From: Arcobacteraceae bacterium
GTDB taxonomy: Bacteria > Campylobacterota > Campylobacteria > Campylobacterales > Arcobacteraceae
DNA: 64,000 bases
Assembly: GCA_048268245.1 (NCBI GenBank)
Contig: JBLWVX010000009.1
Span: 11,368 to 75,367 of the forward strand
Reading direction: 5' to 3'
Each line of letters starts with the position of its first letter. Position 1 is the stretch's first letter. The notes below the pieces were generated by a model. That model was not told the DNA's origin, did not search any database, and worked only from the letters and a program-made list of their open reading frames with translations. This document shows, piece after piece, positions 13,126 to 24,129 of this stretch. A program made the translations under genes and the position numbers.

Positions 13126-14628
13126 CTAAAATCCTGAACTAGCTACGTAGTGAGAAATTATGTCTAGTAATGGTTGAATATAGAAAATTGAAGTAATTGC
13201 TAAAAATACTGCAAAACCAACAACTGATTTCATTGGAGTTGTTGCATTTTGCATAAATTTAGTATTTGCCCCTTGCTCTGGGTCTCTTAAGAACATATAA
13301 GAAACTGGTCTTAAGTAATAGTATGCTGCAATTGCAGAGTTTAGTACAATAACAACTGCTAAAGCAATTTCACCTGCATTTACTGCACTTGAAACTAAAT
13401 ACATTTTTCCCCAGAATAATGCAAATGGAGGAAGTCCTGTAAGAGCAAATAAGAATAGTCCTAAGATTGCTGCTGTAAATGGTGAAATTTGAGCAAGCCC
13501 TGAGAACTTTTTAAATGAGTATGGAGAATCATAATCTTTATACTCTTTACCTCTATTAAGCCATAACATACCAAAAGCACCAAAGTTAGTAACTGTAAAT
13601 AAAATCCAATATAAGAATAGTGCATTTGTTGATTGATGTGTTCCTATTAAAATTGCTGCCATTGCCATACCCGCATTTGAAATAGATGAGTAAGCAAGCA
13701 TTCTTTTAATATCTGTTTGTTGTAATGCAATTAAGTTTGGAATAGTCATAGTTAAAATTACAGTGATATATAACATGAAGTAAATAATTGTATCTCCACT
13801 ATGTACAAATACATCAAAAAATCTAAGTGCTACAACAAAACCTGCCATTTTTGGAATAACAGACATAAATCCAGCTAATGCTGATGTTGAACCTTGGTAA
13901 ACATCTGGAACCCATGTATGAAATGGGAATAACGATAATTTAAATCCAAGTGCTGCGAACATAAATACAAATCCAACTAATACCATAACATAGTTAGAGA
14001 AATTATCACTTGATAAATAGTTTTGTTCACTTAATACTTGAGAAATTTGTGCTAATTCAAAAGACCCTGTTAAGGCATAGAAAACCATAGAACCAAATAC
14101 AAAGAAAGCAGCTGCTAGTGCACCCATTGTAAAGTATTTAATAGCAGCTTCAATTGAAACCATTCTATTATGCATTGCAATCATTGTATATAAAGCTAAT
14201 GAAGCAGTTTCAAGTCCTACAAAAATCATAATTAAAGAATCAGAACTTACCATAAACTGGAATCCTGCTACCATAAATAAATATAGTGCAAAGTACTCAG
14301 CATGTCTAAAGTCTTGGAATCTTAATTTTGAAAGTCCTAAGAAAATAAATAGAATTGATCCACCAATAATAATACATTGAGATAGTATTGCAATACCATC
14401 AAGTAGCATTATGTCAAATAAACCTCTTTCATTACCTGAAAAGGCTAATAGTGTAAATAAGTCAAATACTAAGAAAAGAATAACAATCATTACATATAAT
14501 GATTTATGCTTATTTTTATTAAAAAGGTCTGTTAAAATAATACTAATTGCACCAATAATTGCAATAACCATAGGTGCTAAAGTACCTAGGTTTAAACTCT
14601 CTAAACTAATTGAAATAGGCTCTAGCAT
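13126..14628 (-). CDS. nuoN: NADH-quinone oxidoreductase subunit N
   Basis: EAAIKYF, FKLSLFPFHTWVPDVYQG, KRMLAYSSI; last gene of nuo operon. Confidence 0.96.
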   Translation of the reverse strand: MLEPISISLESLNLGTLAPMVIAIIGAISIILTDLFNKNKHKSLYVMIVILFLVFDLFTLLAFSGNERGLFDIMLLDGIAILSQCIIIGGSILFIFLGLSKLRFQDFRHAEYFALYLFMVAGFQFMVSSDSLIMIFVGLETASLALYTMIAMHNRMVSIEAAIKYFTMGALAAAFFVFGSMVFYALTGSFELAQISQVLSEQNYLSSDNFSNYVMVLVGFVFMFAALGFKLSLFPFHTWVPDVYQGSTSALAGFMSVIPKMAGFVVALRFFDVFVHSGDTIIYFMLYITVILTMTIPNLIALQQTDIKRMLAYSSISNAGMAMAAILIGTHQSTNALFLYWILFTVTNFGAFGMLWLNRGKEYKDYDSPYSFKKFSGLAQISPFTAAILGLFLFALTGLPPFALFWGKMYLVSSAVNAGEIALAVVIVLNSAIAAYYYLRPVSYMFLRDPEQGANTKFMQNATTPMKSVVGFAVFLAITSIFYIQPLLDIISHYVASSGF

Positions 14629-16155
14629 CTATTTAACCTCCCCTACTGTATTTAAAGCTTTTAACTTCTCTTTTGTATCTTCATTTACTGCTTTTACTTG
14701 CATAACTTGAGTTAAATGATTTACAGAAGTATTAAGCGGATCTAGTACAACTTTTGGATAAACACCTAATGCAATAATTAAAGCAACTAAAGATCCAAGT
14801 GCAACTAATTCTCTTCCAAAAATATCTTTTAAAGGTTTGTTCTTTGGATTAGTTAACTCACCAAAGAATGTTCTTTTGTACATTGATAACATATAAATTG
14901 CACTCAATACAATAGTTAAAGAAGCAATAAATGTTAAAATTGGAGATGCTTTAAAGAATCCAAGTAAAGCTAAGAACTCACCAACAAATCCAGCTGTTAA
15001 AGGAAGTCCAACAGAACCCATTAAAACAACTGCATATACAAGTGCAAACATTGGCATATTATGAGCTAATCCACCAAACTCTTTAATCATCTTAGTTTTT
15101 CTTCTATCATATAAAACACCTACACACATAAACAGTGCTCCTGAAACAATAGCATGTCCAAGCATCAGATATACTGCACCTACAATACCTTCTGTGTTTA
15201 AAGCGAACACACCTAATGTAATAACACCCATGTGAGATACAGATGAGTATGCAATCATCTGCTTCATGTCTTCTTGAGCATAAGCAAGCATTGCTGTATA
15301 TATAATAGCTATAATAGCTAGTGCTGCCATAAACCACATAAAGTAAACTGCTGCATCAGGGAATAATGGAAGAGAGAATCTAATAAATCCATAAGTTTCC
15401 ATTTTTAATAATACAGCTGCAAGGATAATAGATCCAATTGTTGGTGCTTCACCGTGTGCTAAAGGAAGCCATGTATGGAATGGAATCATTGGAACCTTTA
15501 CTGCAAATCCGAAGAAGAATGCAATAAATAACCATAATTGAACATCAAATGGTAAAATCGCTCCATACCAATCAAGTAAGTTAAAGCTCCAAGTTCCTGT
15601 AGTTTGATGATATATATATCCAAAATATAACATACCTACAAGCATGATTAATGAACCAATGAATGTATATAAGAAAAACTTCATTGCAGCATAAAATCTT
15701 CTTTCAGCTCCCCAGAATCCAATGATATAGAACATTGGAATAAGTGTTAATTCCCAGAAAACATAGAACATGATTACATCAAGAGCAACAAATACACCAA
15801 CCATTGTCATTTCTAAATAAAGCATAGTAATGATTAGGTTTTTAATATTTCTTTTTTCAGTTAATCCAATAACAGCAATCATCGTCATAAATGTAATCAT
15901 AATAATTAAGAATAATGATACACCATCAACACCAGCAACATAACCTATACCCATAGAAGAGATTATTGGTAAATTTTGAACAAACTGCATTCCAGCCATA
16001 CTTGGATCAAAGTGATACCATAAAAGTAAAGCTAAAACAAACTCAACAACAGTTACAACTACACCATATTGTCTCATTGAATCCTTATGAATTAAGAATC
16101 CAACCGTTGCAGCTGCTGCTGGGAAGAATATCAGCATCGATAAAATATTTTCCAT
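14629..16155 (-). CDS. nuoM: NADH-quinone oxidoreductase subunit M
   Basis: FYVFWE, KFFLYT, VKVPMIPFHTWLP, AYSSVSHMG. Confidence 0.96.
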   Translation of the reverse strand: MENILSMLIFFPAAAATVGFLIHKDSMRQYGVVVTVVEFVLALLLWYHFDPSMAGMQFVQNLPIISSMGIGYVAGVDGVSLFLIIMITFMTMIAVIGLTEKRNIKNLIITMLYLEMTMVGVFVALDVIMFYVFWELTLIPMFYIIGFWGAERRFYAAMKFFLYTFIGSLIMLVGMLYFGYIYHQTTGTWSFNLLDWYGAILPFDVQLWLFIAFFFGFAVKVPMIPFHTWLPLAHGEAPTIGSIILAAVLLKMETYGFIRFSLPLFPDAAVYFMWFMAALAIIAIIYTAMLAYAQEDMKQMIAYSSVSHMGVITLGVFALNTEGIVGAVYLMLGHAIVSGALFMCVGVLYDRRKTKMIKEFGGLAHNMPMFALVYAVVLMGSVGLPLTAGFVGEFLALLGFFKASPILTFIASLTIVLSAIYMLSMYKRTFFGELTNPKNKPLKDIFGRELVALGSLVALIIALGVYPKVVLDPLNTSVNHLTQVMQVKAVNEDTKEKLKALNTVGEVK

Positions 16156-16167
16156 TTACATAACCCC

Positions 16168-18030
16168 TTATATAACCGCTAAAACTAAGGCGAATACAAG
16201 ACCCATAATAAGTCCTATAACCATTAGTCTTAATGATGTTGATAAATTACCTGATTGAATAACTCTAATATTTGTACCTAGTTTATAAATAAATCTAGCA
16301 ATTGAATCAATCGTATTATCAATCATTTTAATTTCTATTACTTTAAAGAACCATACAGACATTGCATAATATGGTTTAGAAACAAATTTCTCATAGAACT
16401 GTGGAACATAGTATTGGTTAATTAAAAGCTTGTAAATTGCTTTATTTTCCCACTCTTTACTAAATCCATCACCTTTGAAGTACTTAACATAAGCAACTGC
16501 TATACCACCAAGGGCTACTGCAGTTGTAACTAGTATTAAAATCCAAACAGTTGAGCCTGCTGTATTTGAAGCTTCCCATGTTGGTAAAATCTTAGTTACA
16601 AAATCAATAAATGCATGTTCAAACCAACCAGCAATTACTGCTAATACAGCTAATGGTAACATTGCAGCGATAACAAAACCTTTTGCTTCGTGAGGATGGA
16701 ATTCATCATTACTGTAATTTTGTTTTCCAAAGAAAATTTTAAATACAAGTCTAAATGAATAAAATGCTGTTAAACCAGCAGTTATCCATAAAGTAGCCCA
16801 TAAAATATAAGCATCAGCATTAAACGCAGCTTCTAAAATTTTATCTTTTGAGAAGAACCCTGCTAATGGGAAGATACCAGCAAGTGCAAGTGAAGCTACA
16901 AACATAATAATTGAAGTAGCTTTCATCTTTTCATGTAATCCACCCATCTTTCTAATATCTAATTCATCATCCATAGCGTGCATTACATTACCAGCACCTA
17001 AGAATAATACTGATTTAAAGAAGGCGTGAGTTGCTAAGTGGAAAAGTGCTACCCAGTATGCACCAAGACCAGCTGCTACAAACATATATCCTAATTGTGA
17101 TAATGTTGAGTAAGCAATAATTCTTTTCATATCATTGTTTACTAAAGCCATTGTTGCTGCAAAAATTGCAACAAATGCACCTAAACAAGCAATACCATAT
17201 CCAACTTCTGGAATTAGTGCATATAATTCATTTGATCTAATTACTAAGTAAACACCAGCTGTTACCATTGTTGCTGCGTGAATTAATGCTGAAACAGGAG
17301 TAGGCCCTTCCATTGCATCTGCAAGCCATGTATGTAAGGGGAATTGTGCTGATTTACCCATAGCACCAACAAATAATAAGATACCAATCCAAGTAAGTGT
17401 AGAAGTCTCTAAATTTGCAACATTAGCAAATACTACATCATATTGTAAACTTCCTATATTCCAGTAAATTAAGAACATACCAAGTAATAAACCTAAATCA
17501 CCTACTCTATTCATAATAAATGCTTCATTTGCAGCCCATGATGCAGATTCTTTATGATACCAGAATCCAATTAGTAACCATGAACAAACACCAACACCTT
17601 CCCATCCAATAAATAGTACAGCAAAGTTATCAGACATAACAAGTACTAACATTGAGAATACGAATGCTGAAAGGTAAGAGAAGTATCTATTAAAACCTTT
17701 GTCATGTTCCATATAACCAATTGAGTGAATATGAACCATTGTAGAAACCACAGTTACAACAGTCATCATTACAACTGATACATGATCAACTACAAATCCC
17801 ATAGGTATATTTAAACTTCCTGATACAATCCATTCAAATAAAACTACATTAAAAGTCTCATCTGTTGTATAAACATATTGTAAAAGGTTTAATGAAGCTA
17901 CCATTGAAACAGCTAACATAAACGATGTAAACCAACCAGTGAAGGCATTTTTTGGCTGCATTGAGAATAATGCAGCTACAAGTGAACCAACAAGTGGGGC
18001 AAAAAGTGCTATATATATAAATTTTTCCAT
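16168..18030 (-). CDS. nuoL: NADH-quinone oxidoreductase subunit L
   Basis: GWEGVG, NRVGD, GKSAQFPLHTWLADAMEGPTPVSALIHAATMV. Confidence 0.97.
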   Translation of the reverse strand: MEKFIYIALFAPLVGSLVAALFSMQPKNAFTGWFTSFMLAVSMVASLNLLQYVYTTDETFNVVLFEWIVSGSLNIPMGFVVDHVSVVMMTVVTVVSTMVHIHSIGYMEHDKGFNRYFSYLSAFVFSMLVLVMSDNFAVLFIGWEGVGVCSWLLIGFWYHKESASWAANEAFIMNRVGDLGLLLGMFLIYWNIGSLQYDVVFANVANLETSTLTWIGILLFVGAMGKSAQFPLHTWLADAMEGPTPVSALIHAATMVTAGVYLVIRSNELYALIPEVGYGIACLGAFVAIFAATMALVNNDMKRIIAYSTLSQLGYMFVAAGLGAYWVALFHLATHAFFKSVLFLGAGNVMHAMDDELDIRKMGGLHEKMKATSIIMFVASLALAGIFPLAGFFSKDKILEAAFNADAYILWATLWITAGLTAFYSFRLVFKIFFGKQNYSNDEFHPHEAKGFVIAAMLPLAVLAVIAGWFEHAFIDFVTKILPTWEASNTAGSTVWILILVTTAVALGGIAVAYVKYFKGDGFSKEWENKAIYKLLINQYYVPQFYEKFVSKPYYAMSVWFFKVIEIKMIDNTIDSIARFIYKLGTNIRVIQSGNLSTSLRLMVIGLIMGLVFALVLAVI

Positions 18031-18032
18031 TA

Positions 18033-18332
18033 TTACCCCTTCATCCCTTGAATATCATCTAAATTAATAGAACCCGTTCTTTTATACCAAAGAATTAATA
18101 ATCCAAGACCAATAGCAACTTCAGCAGCAGCAACTGCAATAATAAAGAAGGCAAACATTTGTCCAGATAAATCCCCATGGAATTTAGATACTGCTGCAAG
18201 TCCTACATTTACAGCATTTAACATAATTTCTGTTGAGAAGAAAAGCATTAGAACATTCTTTCTTCTAATTACTCCAATCAATCCTATACAAAATAGAAGT
18301 GTTGAAAGTATCAAATAGGCATTAAGTGTCAT
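18033..18332 (-). CDS. nuoK: NADH-quinone oxidoreductase subunit K
   Basis: EIMLNAVN, AVAAAEVAIGL. Confidence 0.96.
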   Translation of the reverse strand: MTLNAYLILSTLLFCIGLIGVIRRKNVLMLFFSTEIMLNAVNVGLAAVSKFHGDLSGQMFAFFIIAVAAAEVAIGLGLLILWYKRTGSINLDDIQGMKG

Positions 18333-18925
18333 TTTGCCTCCTTAGATTCTTTTTGAGCTTCAGCTTGAGCTTCTGCTGCGATATGTGCATCAATTTCTTC
18401 TTCATGCATTTCAGAATAAGATTCGTTCATTTTCTTACCTGCAAGTACAATTCCACCAATCATTGCTACAAGTAACATAATACCTGCAACTTCAAATGGA
18501 ACTAAGTACTTAGTAAATAGAACTAAACCAACGTCTGCTGAATTACCATATTCAGGGTTGATAGGATAATTTGCTTGAACATTTTCTCCAATTACTGGTG
18601 CCATAAAAACAACAACAACAATTAAAGCAACCATTCCTGAAAGTAAAAATACTAACCTAGGATTATTTACTTTCTCTTTTACAACAGAAAGTGAGTCAAA
18701 GAACATCATACCAAAGGCATAAAGTGCCATTACTGCACCTGTATAAACCACAATTTGTACGGCACCTAAGAAGTCTGCACCTAGTAAAAAGAAAAATGCA
18801 GAAATAAAAATCATTCCTGCTGCCATTGCACTTAGTGCATATAAGGCATTATTTGTAAGTACTGTTATTAGGAACATTCCTATTGTTAGTACTGAAAAGA
18901 CTATAAAAGCTACTGTTTCAAACAT
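18329..18925 (-). CDS. nuoJ: NADH-quinone oxidoreductase subunit J
   Basis: QIVVYTGAVM, YLVPFEVAG. Confidence 0.95.
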   Translation of the reverse strand: MFETVAFIVFSVLTIGMFLITVLTNNALYALSAMAAGMIFISAFFFLLGADFLGAVQIVVYTGAVMALYAFGMMFFDSLSVVKEKVNNPRLVFLLSGMVALIVVVVFMAPVIGENVQANYPINPEYGNSADVGLVLFTKYLVPFEVAGIMLLVAMIGGIVLAGKKMNESYSEMHEEEIDAHIAAEAQAEAQKESKEAK

Positions 18926-18934
18926 TCAGACTCC

Positions 18935-19555
18935 TTAGTAAGATAATGGAGTTTTCTTGATTTTTTCATCAGCATCTGGAGATACTGAACCAAAACCTGC
19001 AAACTCTGTTTGTTGATTTAATTGATCAAATGGCGTTAAAATATCCTCTTTTAATGAGAAGTGTGCTCTTTGCTCAGAAGAGTTTTCATATCTTCCTCCA
19101 TGAACGATAGCTAACTCAGGACAAACTTCAGCACAATAACCACAGAAAATACATCTTCCCATGTTAATTGTATATTCTGTCACTGCCTTTCTTGAGTTCT
19201 CATCAATTTTAGTTTCCATTCTAATACAATTTGCAATACAAATCTTTTCACATAAACCACAACCAATACATCTTTCACTTCCAGACTCTAGAAGTACTAA
19301 TAGTTTATGTACTGCTCTATATCTAGGACCAATAGGTAATTTTTCAGCTGGATATTGAACAGTTGCCATTTCTCCTTTGAAAAGTGCTCCTGTCATCATT
19401 TTCCATGTAATTTTAAGACCTGTTAAAAGTTCACCTTTTACAGATCTTTTCATTACTTGCTTAAAAGATTCCCATTCTGTTTTTGGATAATTATCTTCTT
19501 GAACTGTTACGTAATCTTCAGATATATTTCTATTTTTAAACTCTTTAAAACTCAT
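18935..19555 (-). CDS. nuoI: NADH-quinone oxidoreductase subunit I
   Basis: Two [4Fe-4S] motifs CIGCGLCEKIC and CIFCGYCAEVCP. Confidence 0.96.
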   Translation of the reverse strand: MSFKEFKNRNISEDYVTVQEDNYPKTEWESFKQVMKRSVKGELLTGLKITWKMMTGALFKGEMATVQYPAEKLPIGPRYRAVHKLLVLLESGSERCIGCGLCEKICIANCIRMETKIDENSRKAVTEYTINMGRCIFCGYCAEVCPELAIVHGGRYENSSEQRAHFSLKEDILTPFDQLNQQTEFAGFGSVSPDADEKIKKTPLSY

Positions 19556-19564
19556 AATTACCCC

Positions 19565-20557
19565 TTATATCATTATCACTAAACCAGTAACTAAAATATT
19601 TAGTACTGCTAGTGGCATTAATATTTTCCAACATAACCACATTAACTGATCAGGTCTAACATGTGGCCACGCTGCTCTTGTCCATAAGAAAATGAAAATT
19701 AATAACATCACTTTTAAAATAATTGCTAATCCACCAGGAATAAACCATAATGGCTCAAATCCACCTAAGAAGATAAGTGCAATTAAGAATGAAATTGTAA
19801 ATAATGCAGCATATTCACCAATAAAGAACATACCCCATCTCAAACCTGAATACTCAGTTGCATAACCTGCAACTAATTCAGCTTCATGCTCAAGTAAGTC
19901 AAATGGTGTTCTATTTGTTTCTGCAAATCCTGCAATTACAAATAAAATAAATGCTAAAGGCTGATACCAAATAATCCATTCAGAAATACCACCTGCTTGG
20001 TAGTTATTAATATCAATTAGTGATAATGAACCAACCATCATAATAGGTGCAAGTAAAGCAAGACCTGATACAATTTCATATGAAAGCATTTGAATTGCTG
20101 TTCTAGCCCCACCAATTAAAGCCCACTTATTAGCAGAACTCATACCACCAAGTAATGGTCCATAAAGCCCAATAGCTCCAACTGATAATACAAATAAAAC
20201 CCCAACATTTACATCTGAGATAATTGGTCTTACTGTATATCCAAAGATTTCAAACTCTGGGAAGAAAGGAACTGCAGACATTGCTATAAATGCGGTAGCT
20301 GCTGTAATAATTGGTGCTATCATAAAGATTGGTTTATTTGCATTTGCAGGGATAAAGTCCTCTTTTGTAAATAGCTTAATACCATCTGCTGCAATTTGTA
20401 AAAGACCATAAGGACCTACATTTGTAGGACCAAGTCTTCTTTGCATAAATGCTAAAACTTTTCTTTCAATATACGTAGTAAATCCAGCTAGTGCAGAAAA
20501 TACTAAGATTACTGTGAAAACTTTTACAATTGTTTCTATAATAATTCCAGTTTCCAT
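19565..20557 (-). CDS. nuoH: NADH-quinone oxidoreductase subunit H
   Basis: ERKVLAFMQRRLGP, ADGIKLFTKE, AETNRTPFDL. Confidence 0.97.
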   Translation of the reverse strand: METGIIIETIVKVFTVILVFSALAGFTTYIERKVLAFMQRRLGPTNVGPYGLLQIAADGIKLFTKEDFIPANANKPIFMIAPIITAATAFIAMSAVPFFPEFEIFGYTVRPIISDVNVGVLFVLSVGAIGLYGPLLGGMSSANKWALIGGARTAIQMLSYEIVSGLALLAPIMMVGSLSLIDINNYQAGGISEWIIWYQPLAFILFVIAGFAETNRTPFDLLEHEAELVAGYATEYSGLRWGMFFIGEYAALFTISFLIALIFLGGFEPLWFIPGGLAIILKVMLLIFIFLWTRAAWPHVRPDQLMWLCWKILMPLAVLNILVTGLVIMI

Positions 20558-20558
20558 A

Positions 20559-23033
20559 TTATACCTTTGTCACTTTTGCTTTACTATATCTGTAAGTGTT
20601 AAATAAAGCTCTTGAAGCTGAGTTTTTCTCAAAAGTAGATACATATGCAATTTCACCATTAATTTGGATATCAACATAAGCATTTAACTCTAAAGTTTGA
20701 CCATTTGCTTCAATTTTTACCTTATCACCCTCTTGTAACTCTAACTTATCAAATGCACTTTGAGAGAAGAAAACACCTGATTTTAAATCATCTTTAAATT
20801 CATGAGCAATAGCTGTAAATTCATTGAATTGATTAATTGGATTAGCTTTATAAACTACTATTTCATCTTCTGCAAGCTCTAATTTAGATGACAAGTTTAA
20901 TTCAACTTCATCACTAGCCTCGCTTACTAATACAGATAAATCATATCCTCTATACTCAACTCTATCATTTCCAAATTCATTTGGTAATGAATCAAATTCT
21001 ACTGCTTTAAATCCACCTGTAAGTGGTAATTGCTCTGTGTATTCAATTGTATATTCAACTTCATCATTTAACACTATATTTGCAATATCATTTAAGTTAT
21101 AACCTTTATGAGCAAGTGCAGCGTTTGTAGGAATAACTTTCTTATCTACATTTGTGAAAGTTCCTTCTTGTTGATTAAGTGCAGGAATATCTAAATCTCC
21201 ATCACCTAAAGCAGATAATTCAAAGTCAGCTTTTTCATTGTACCCTACAACAAAACCACTCTCTTCTTTTGCTAAGTCACAAATTAAAGATACTCCAAGA
21301 GTATTTGTTTGAGTTGGTAAAATTACAATATCAAAAGCAGTATATCTATCAATAATTCCACATAGTTTTGCTAAATTTGTTGCATTTGGATGAGTGATTA
21401 AATCTTCACCAACAATTAGTGAGAATTTATCTTTTTTAGCAAGCATTGAATCAACTAATTCTAAGAAAGTTTCGTCTTTTCCAAACTCTTCAATAAATAC
21501 GTTGTATTCAAATTCAACTTCTTTTTCAACTTTCTTAGGAACCATTTTTGAAACTTCTTTTTCTTCACCTGTTTCTTCATCTTTTACAATTTCAACAACT
21601 TTTTCTTTTACAGTTTCAACTACAGTTTTAGTTCTCATTTCAGTTTTTGAGTCAATAAACTCTTTGATTGATGCTGGTAAATCTTTTCCAAATTTATATA
21701 AAATAAAGTATAAAATAGCTTCTTGTGCCATTGCATCATGATAAATAAAGTCTGTTGTTTTACCTTTTTTACCAATTTTTTCCATAACAGGATCTGCTAC
21801 TGGGTGGAAGTATAAAGCAGCACCTTTATTCATAATAACTGAATTATTAAAGGCATATCTTGCATTTGGTAAGTCAGATTTTAAATATGAACCAACAGAA
21901 ATTACAAAGTTAGCTTGGTGAACATCAGTTAATGTTGATGAGTATAAAGATCTTCCAGATGTTGATGCATAATTCTTTAAGAATTCTTGGTATCTTCTAG
22001 CATCTTCATTTACAAGTCTAGCACCTCTTTGTTTTGCAAGTTTTTGTAAGATTAAAGCTTCTTCATTTGTGATGTATGAGTTAAATTTAATAGTATCAGC
22101 TTTACTAAATGCTTCAATAGCTTTATTAAATGCTACTTCATCTTTTGCTTCAACTTTGTTTTCAAAATCATATGCAAATCTTCCAGCACCATTTACAGTA
22201 GAGAAATGAGGTTCATTTGTAACTCTATAAATTCTCTTTTGAGCATGGTTATCTATAGATTCTTGTTTGATTTCATAATACATAAATGCACAATCAGATG
22301 AGTGTGGATTAGCTGCTGGAATTTTCTTTAATTCCCAAGCATTTGAAGTATATTGGAAGTCATGAGATACTAAAGCACCTACTGGACAAGCTGAAATACA
22401 CTCACCACAATCAGTACATGCATCACTGTCATATCCAATTAATGATTTATTTAATTTATTCCACATTGCATAAGCATCTTTTGGCATTTCTGCTTTAAAT
22501 GTCTTATCAATTGCATCTGCACCTCTTTTTACAGTAGATAGTGCGTTTGATCCAACCATATCTTTACATACAGTTACACATCTTTCACATACAATACAAA
22601 GTGCTGGATCATAGTTCATAACACCCCAGTGTTGTGTTGGTCTATGAATATCTTTTATACTATAGCTTTGTGAGTCAACATTCATGTATAAAGAGTAGTT
22701 TTGTAATTCACACTCTCCACTTTGGTCACAAACACCACACTGTAATGGATGGTTTACATCGTAAACTTCCATAATTGCACGTCTTTCTTTAGCAATATTA
22801 GGAGTAACAGTTGAGATGTCCATCCCCTCTTTAATCTTAGTATTACAACCATAAACTTGTTTTCCATCTGCTTCAACAAGACATAGTCTACATGCTAAAG
22901 TTGGTGAACATCTAGTTAAATAACAAACCGCAGGAACAAATATATCATTTGCTCTTGCTGTATTTAAGATAGTTTCACCATCTTTTGCCTCTACAGACTT
23001 ACCATCTATTGTTAATGTAATCATATCACTCAT
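20559..23033 (-). CDS. nuoG: NADH-quinone oxidoreductase subunit G
   Basis: CRLCLVE, HPLQCGVCDQSGECELQ, CIVCERCV, CTDCGECISACPVGAL. Confidence 0.96.
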   Translation of the reverse strand: MSDMITLTIDGKSVEAKDGETILNTARANDIFVPAVCYLTRCSPTLACRLCLVEADGKQVYGCNTKIKEGMDISTVTPNIAKERRAIMEVYDVNHPLQCGVCDQSGECELQNYSLYMNVDSQSYSIKDIHRPTQHWGVMNYDPALCIVCERCVTVCKDMVGSNALSTVKRGADAIDKTFKAEMPKDAYAMWNKLNKSLIGYDSDACTDCGECISACPVGALVSHDFQYTSNAWELKKIPAANPHSSDCAFMYYEIKQESIDNHAQKRIYRVTNEPHFSTVNGAGRFAYDFENKVEAKDEVAFNKAIEAFSKADTIKFNSYITNEEALILQKLAKQRGARLVNEDARRYQEFLKNYASTSGRSLYSSTLTDVHQANFVISVGSYLKSDLPNARYAFNNSVIMNKGAALYFHPVADPVMEKIGKKGKTTDFIYHDAMAQEAILYFILYKFGKDLPASIKEFIDSKTEMRTKTVVETVKEKVVEIVKDEETGEEKEVSKMVPKKVEKEVEFEYNVFIEEFGKDETFLELVDSMLAKKDKFSLIVGEDLITHPNATNLAKLCGIIDRYTAFDIVILPTQTNTLGVSLICDLAKEESGFVVGYNEKADFELSALGDGDLDIPALNQQEGTFTNVDKKVIPTNAALAHKGYNLNDIANIVLNDEVEYTIEYTEQLPLTGGFKAVEFDSLPNEFGNDRVEYRGYDLSVLVSEASDEVELNLSSKLELAEDEIVVYKANPINQFNEFTAIAHEFKDDLKSGVFFSQSAFDKLELQEGDKVKIEANGQTLELNAYVDIQINGEIAYVSTFEKNSASRALFNTYRYSKAKVTKV

Positions 23034-23842
23034 TATGCATCAACCTTTTCTATTTTTACTTGCTTATATCTATAACCTTTAAAAAGTTCACTCTCACAGT
23101 TTAAACTTTTTGCTATTGATACAGTACCATTTAACTTATCATCAACTTTTAAAACTCTTTTTGTTTTTTCACCTGCAAAGTTAATAAAAACTTCATTACC
23201 ATCTTGAACTTTTGCAATATTAGCAAAAGATTGACTACAAGATAAAATATCATTCTCTTCTTCATCAATCAATCTATAAACTAATGTTCCGTTATATGAT
23301 TTTAAGTCTTCTATTTCTTCTAAGTCAAAGTTTTCACAAGAGTTAACTTTTTGTTCTAAATCCTTATTTAAAACTACAATATTTAAATCTGAATACTTTT
23401 TAATTACAGCTAGAAGTTTTACAATATTCTCAATTCTATCATGTTCAATAATATCATCACCAACAATTAGTGTTTTGAAAGAAGACTCTTTTGATGCCTC
23501 ATAAACTTCTTCAAACTCTTCTTCCCCTGCACTACTTTCTGCTGAAACATACCCTAAATCTAAATCATCAATATAAGCTTTTACTTCTTTATCACAATCT
23601 TTTACAAAAGCATCAAGAAGTAAAGCGCAAATACCTTCTTCACTTCCTACTTCATATTTTATAAACTGTGTATAATAAAGCTTAATATCAATATTATCAA
23701 TTGGATGCATATAAACAAATTTTGCGTTTGTTTTTGCTATTGATTCAATAATTGAGTCTCTGTAAGCCTCTTTATTATTAGAAAGCATTGTTCCTAAAGT
23801 AATTACAAAATCACTTTTAGCAATTAGCTCTTTTTTATCCAT
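23033..23842 (-). CDS. Epsilonproteobacterial complex I subunit in the nuoF position (no NADH/FMN-binding motifs)
   Basis: Between the nuoE-position gene and nuoG; YEVGSEEG motif; lacks NuoF GRGGAG/Fe-S motifs. Confidence 0.8.
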   Translation of the reverse strand: MDKKELIAKSDFVITLGTMLSNNKEAYRDSIIESIAKTNAKFVYMHPIDNIDIKLYYTQFIKYEVGSEEGICALLLDAFVKDCDKEVKAYIDDLDLGYVSAESSAGEEEFEEVYEASKESSFKTLIVGDDIIEHDRIENIVKLLAVIKKYSDLNIVVLNKDLEQKVNSCENFDLEEIEDLKSYNGTLVYRLIDEEENDILSCSQSFANIAKVQDGNEVFINFAGEKTKRVLKVDDKLNGTVSIAKSLNCESELFKGYRYKQVKIEKVDA

Positions 23843-24117
23843 TATTTAGCATCCTGTGAAGCTTCTTCTTCAACTTCTTTTGGTTCAGGCTTAACTTTCT
23901 TTACAACTAAAGTCCAATCAACTTCATTGAATTTAATAGAGTTCATTAAAGTATATCCTGCTTCATAAATAACATCAGCAGATTTTTGGATATTTTCAAA
24001 ATCACCAATCTCAAACATAATAATAGCCGTTTCACCATCAGCAATTTGAGTATCCATAAGCTCTAACATTCTGTCATAGAAGTCGTTTTTTAAATGTCTT
24101 AAATCAAATCTTTTCAT
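23842..24117 (-). CDS. Epsilonproteobacterial complex I subunit in the nuoE position
   Basis: MKRFDLRHL...FEIGDF...LMNSIKFNEVDW; no 2Fe-2S cysteines. Confidence 0.82.
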   Translation of the reverse strand: MKRFDLRHLKNDFYDRMLELMDTQIADGETAIIMFEIGDFENIQKSADVIYEAGYTLMNSIKFNEVDWTLVVKKVKPEPKEVEEEASQDAK

Positions 24118-24129
24118 ACTTCTATTCCC

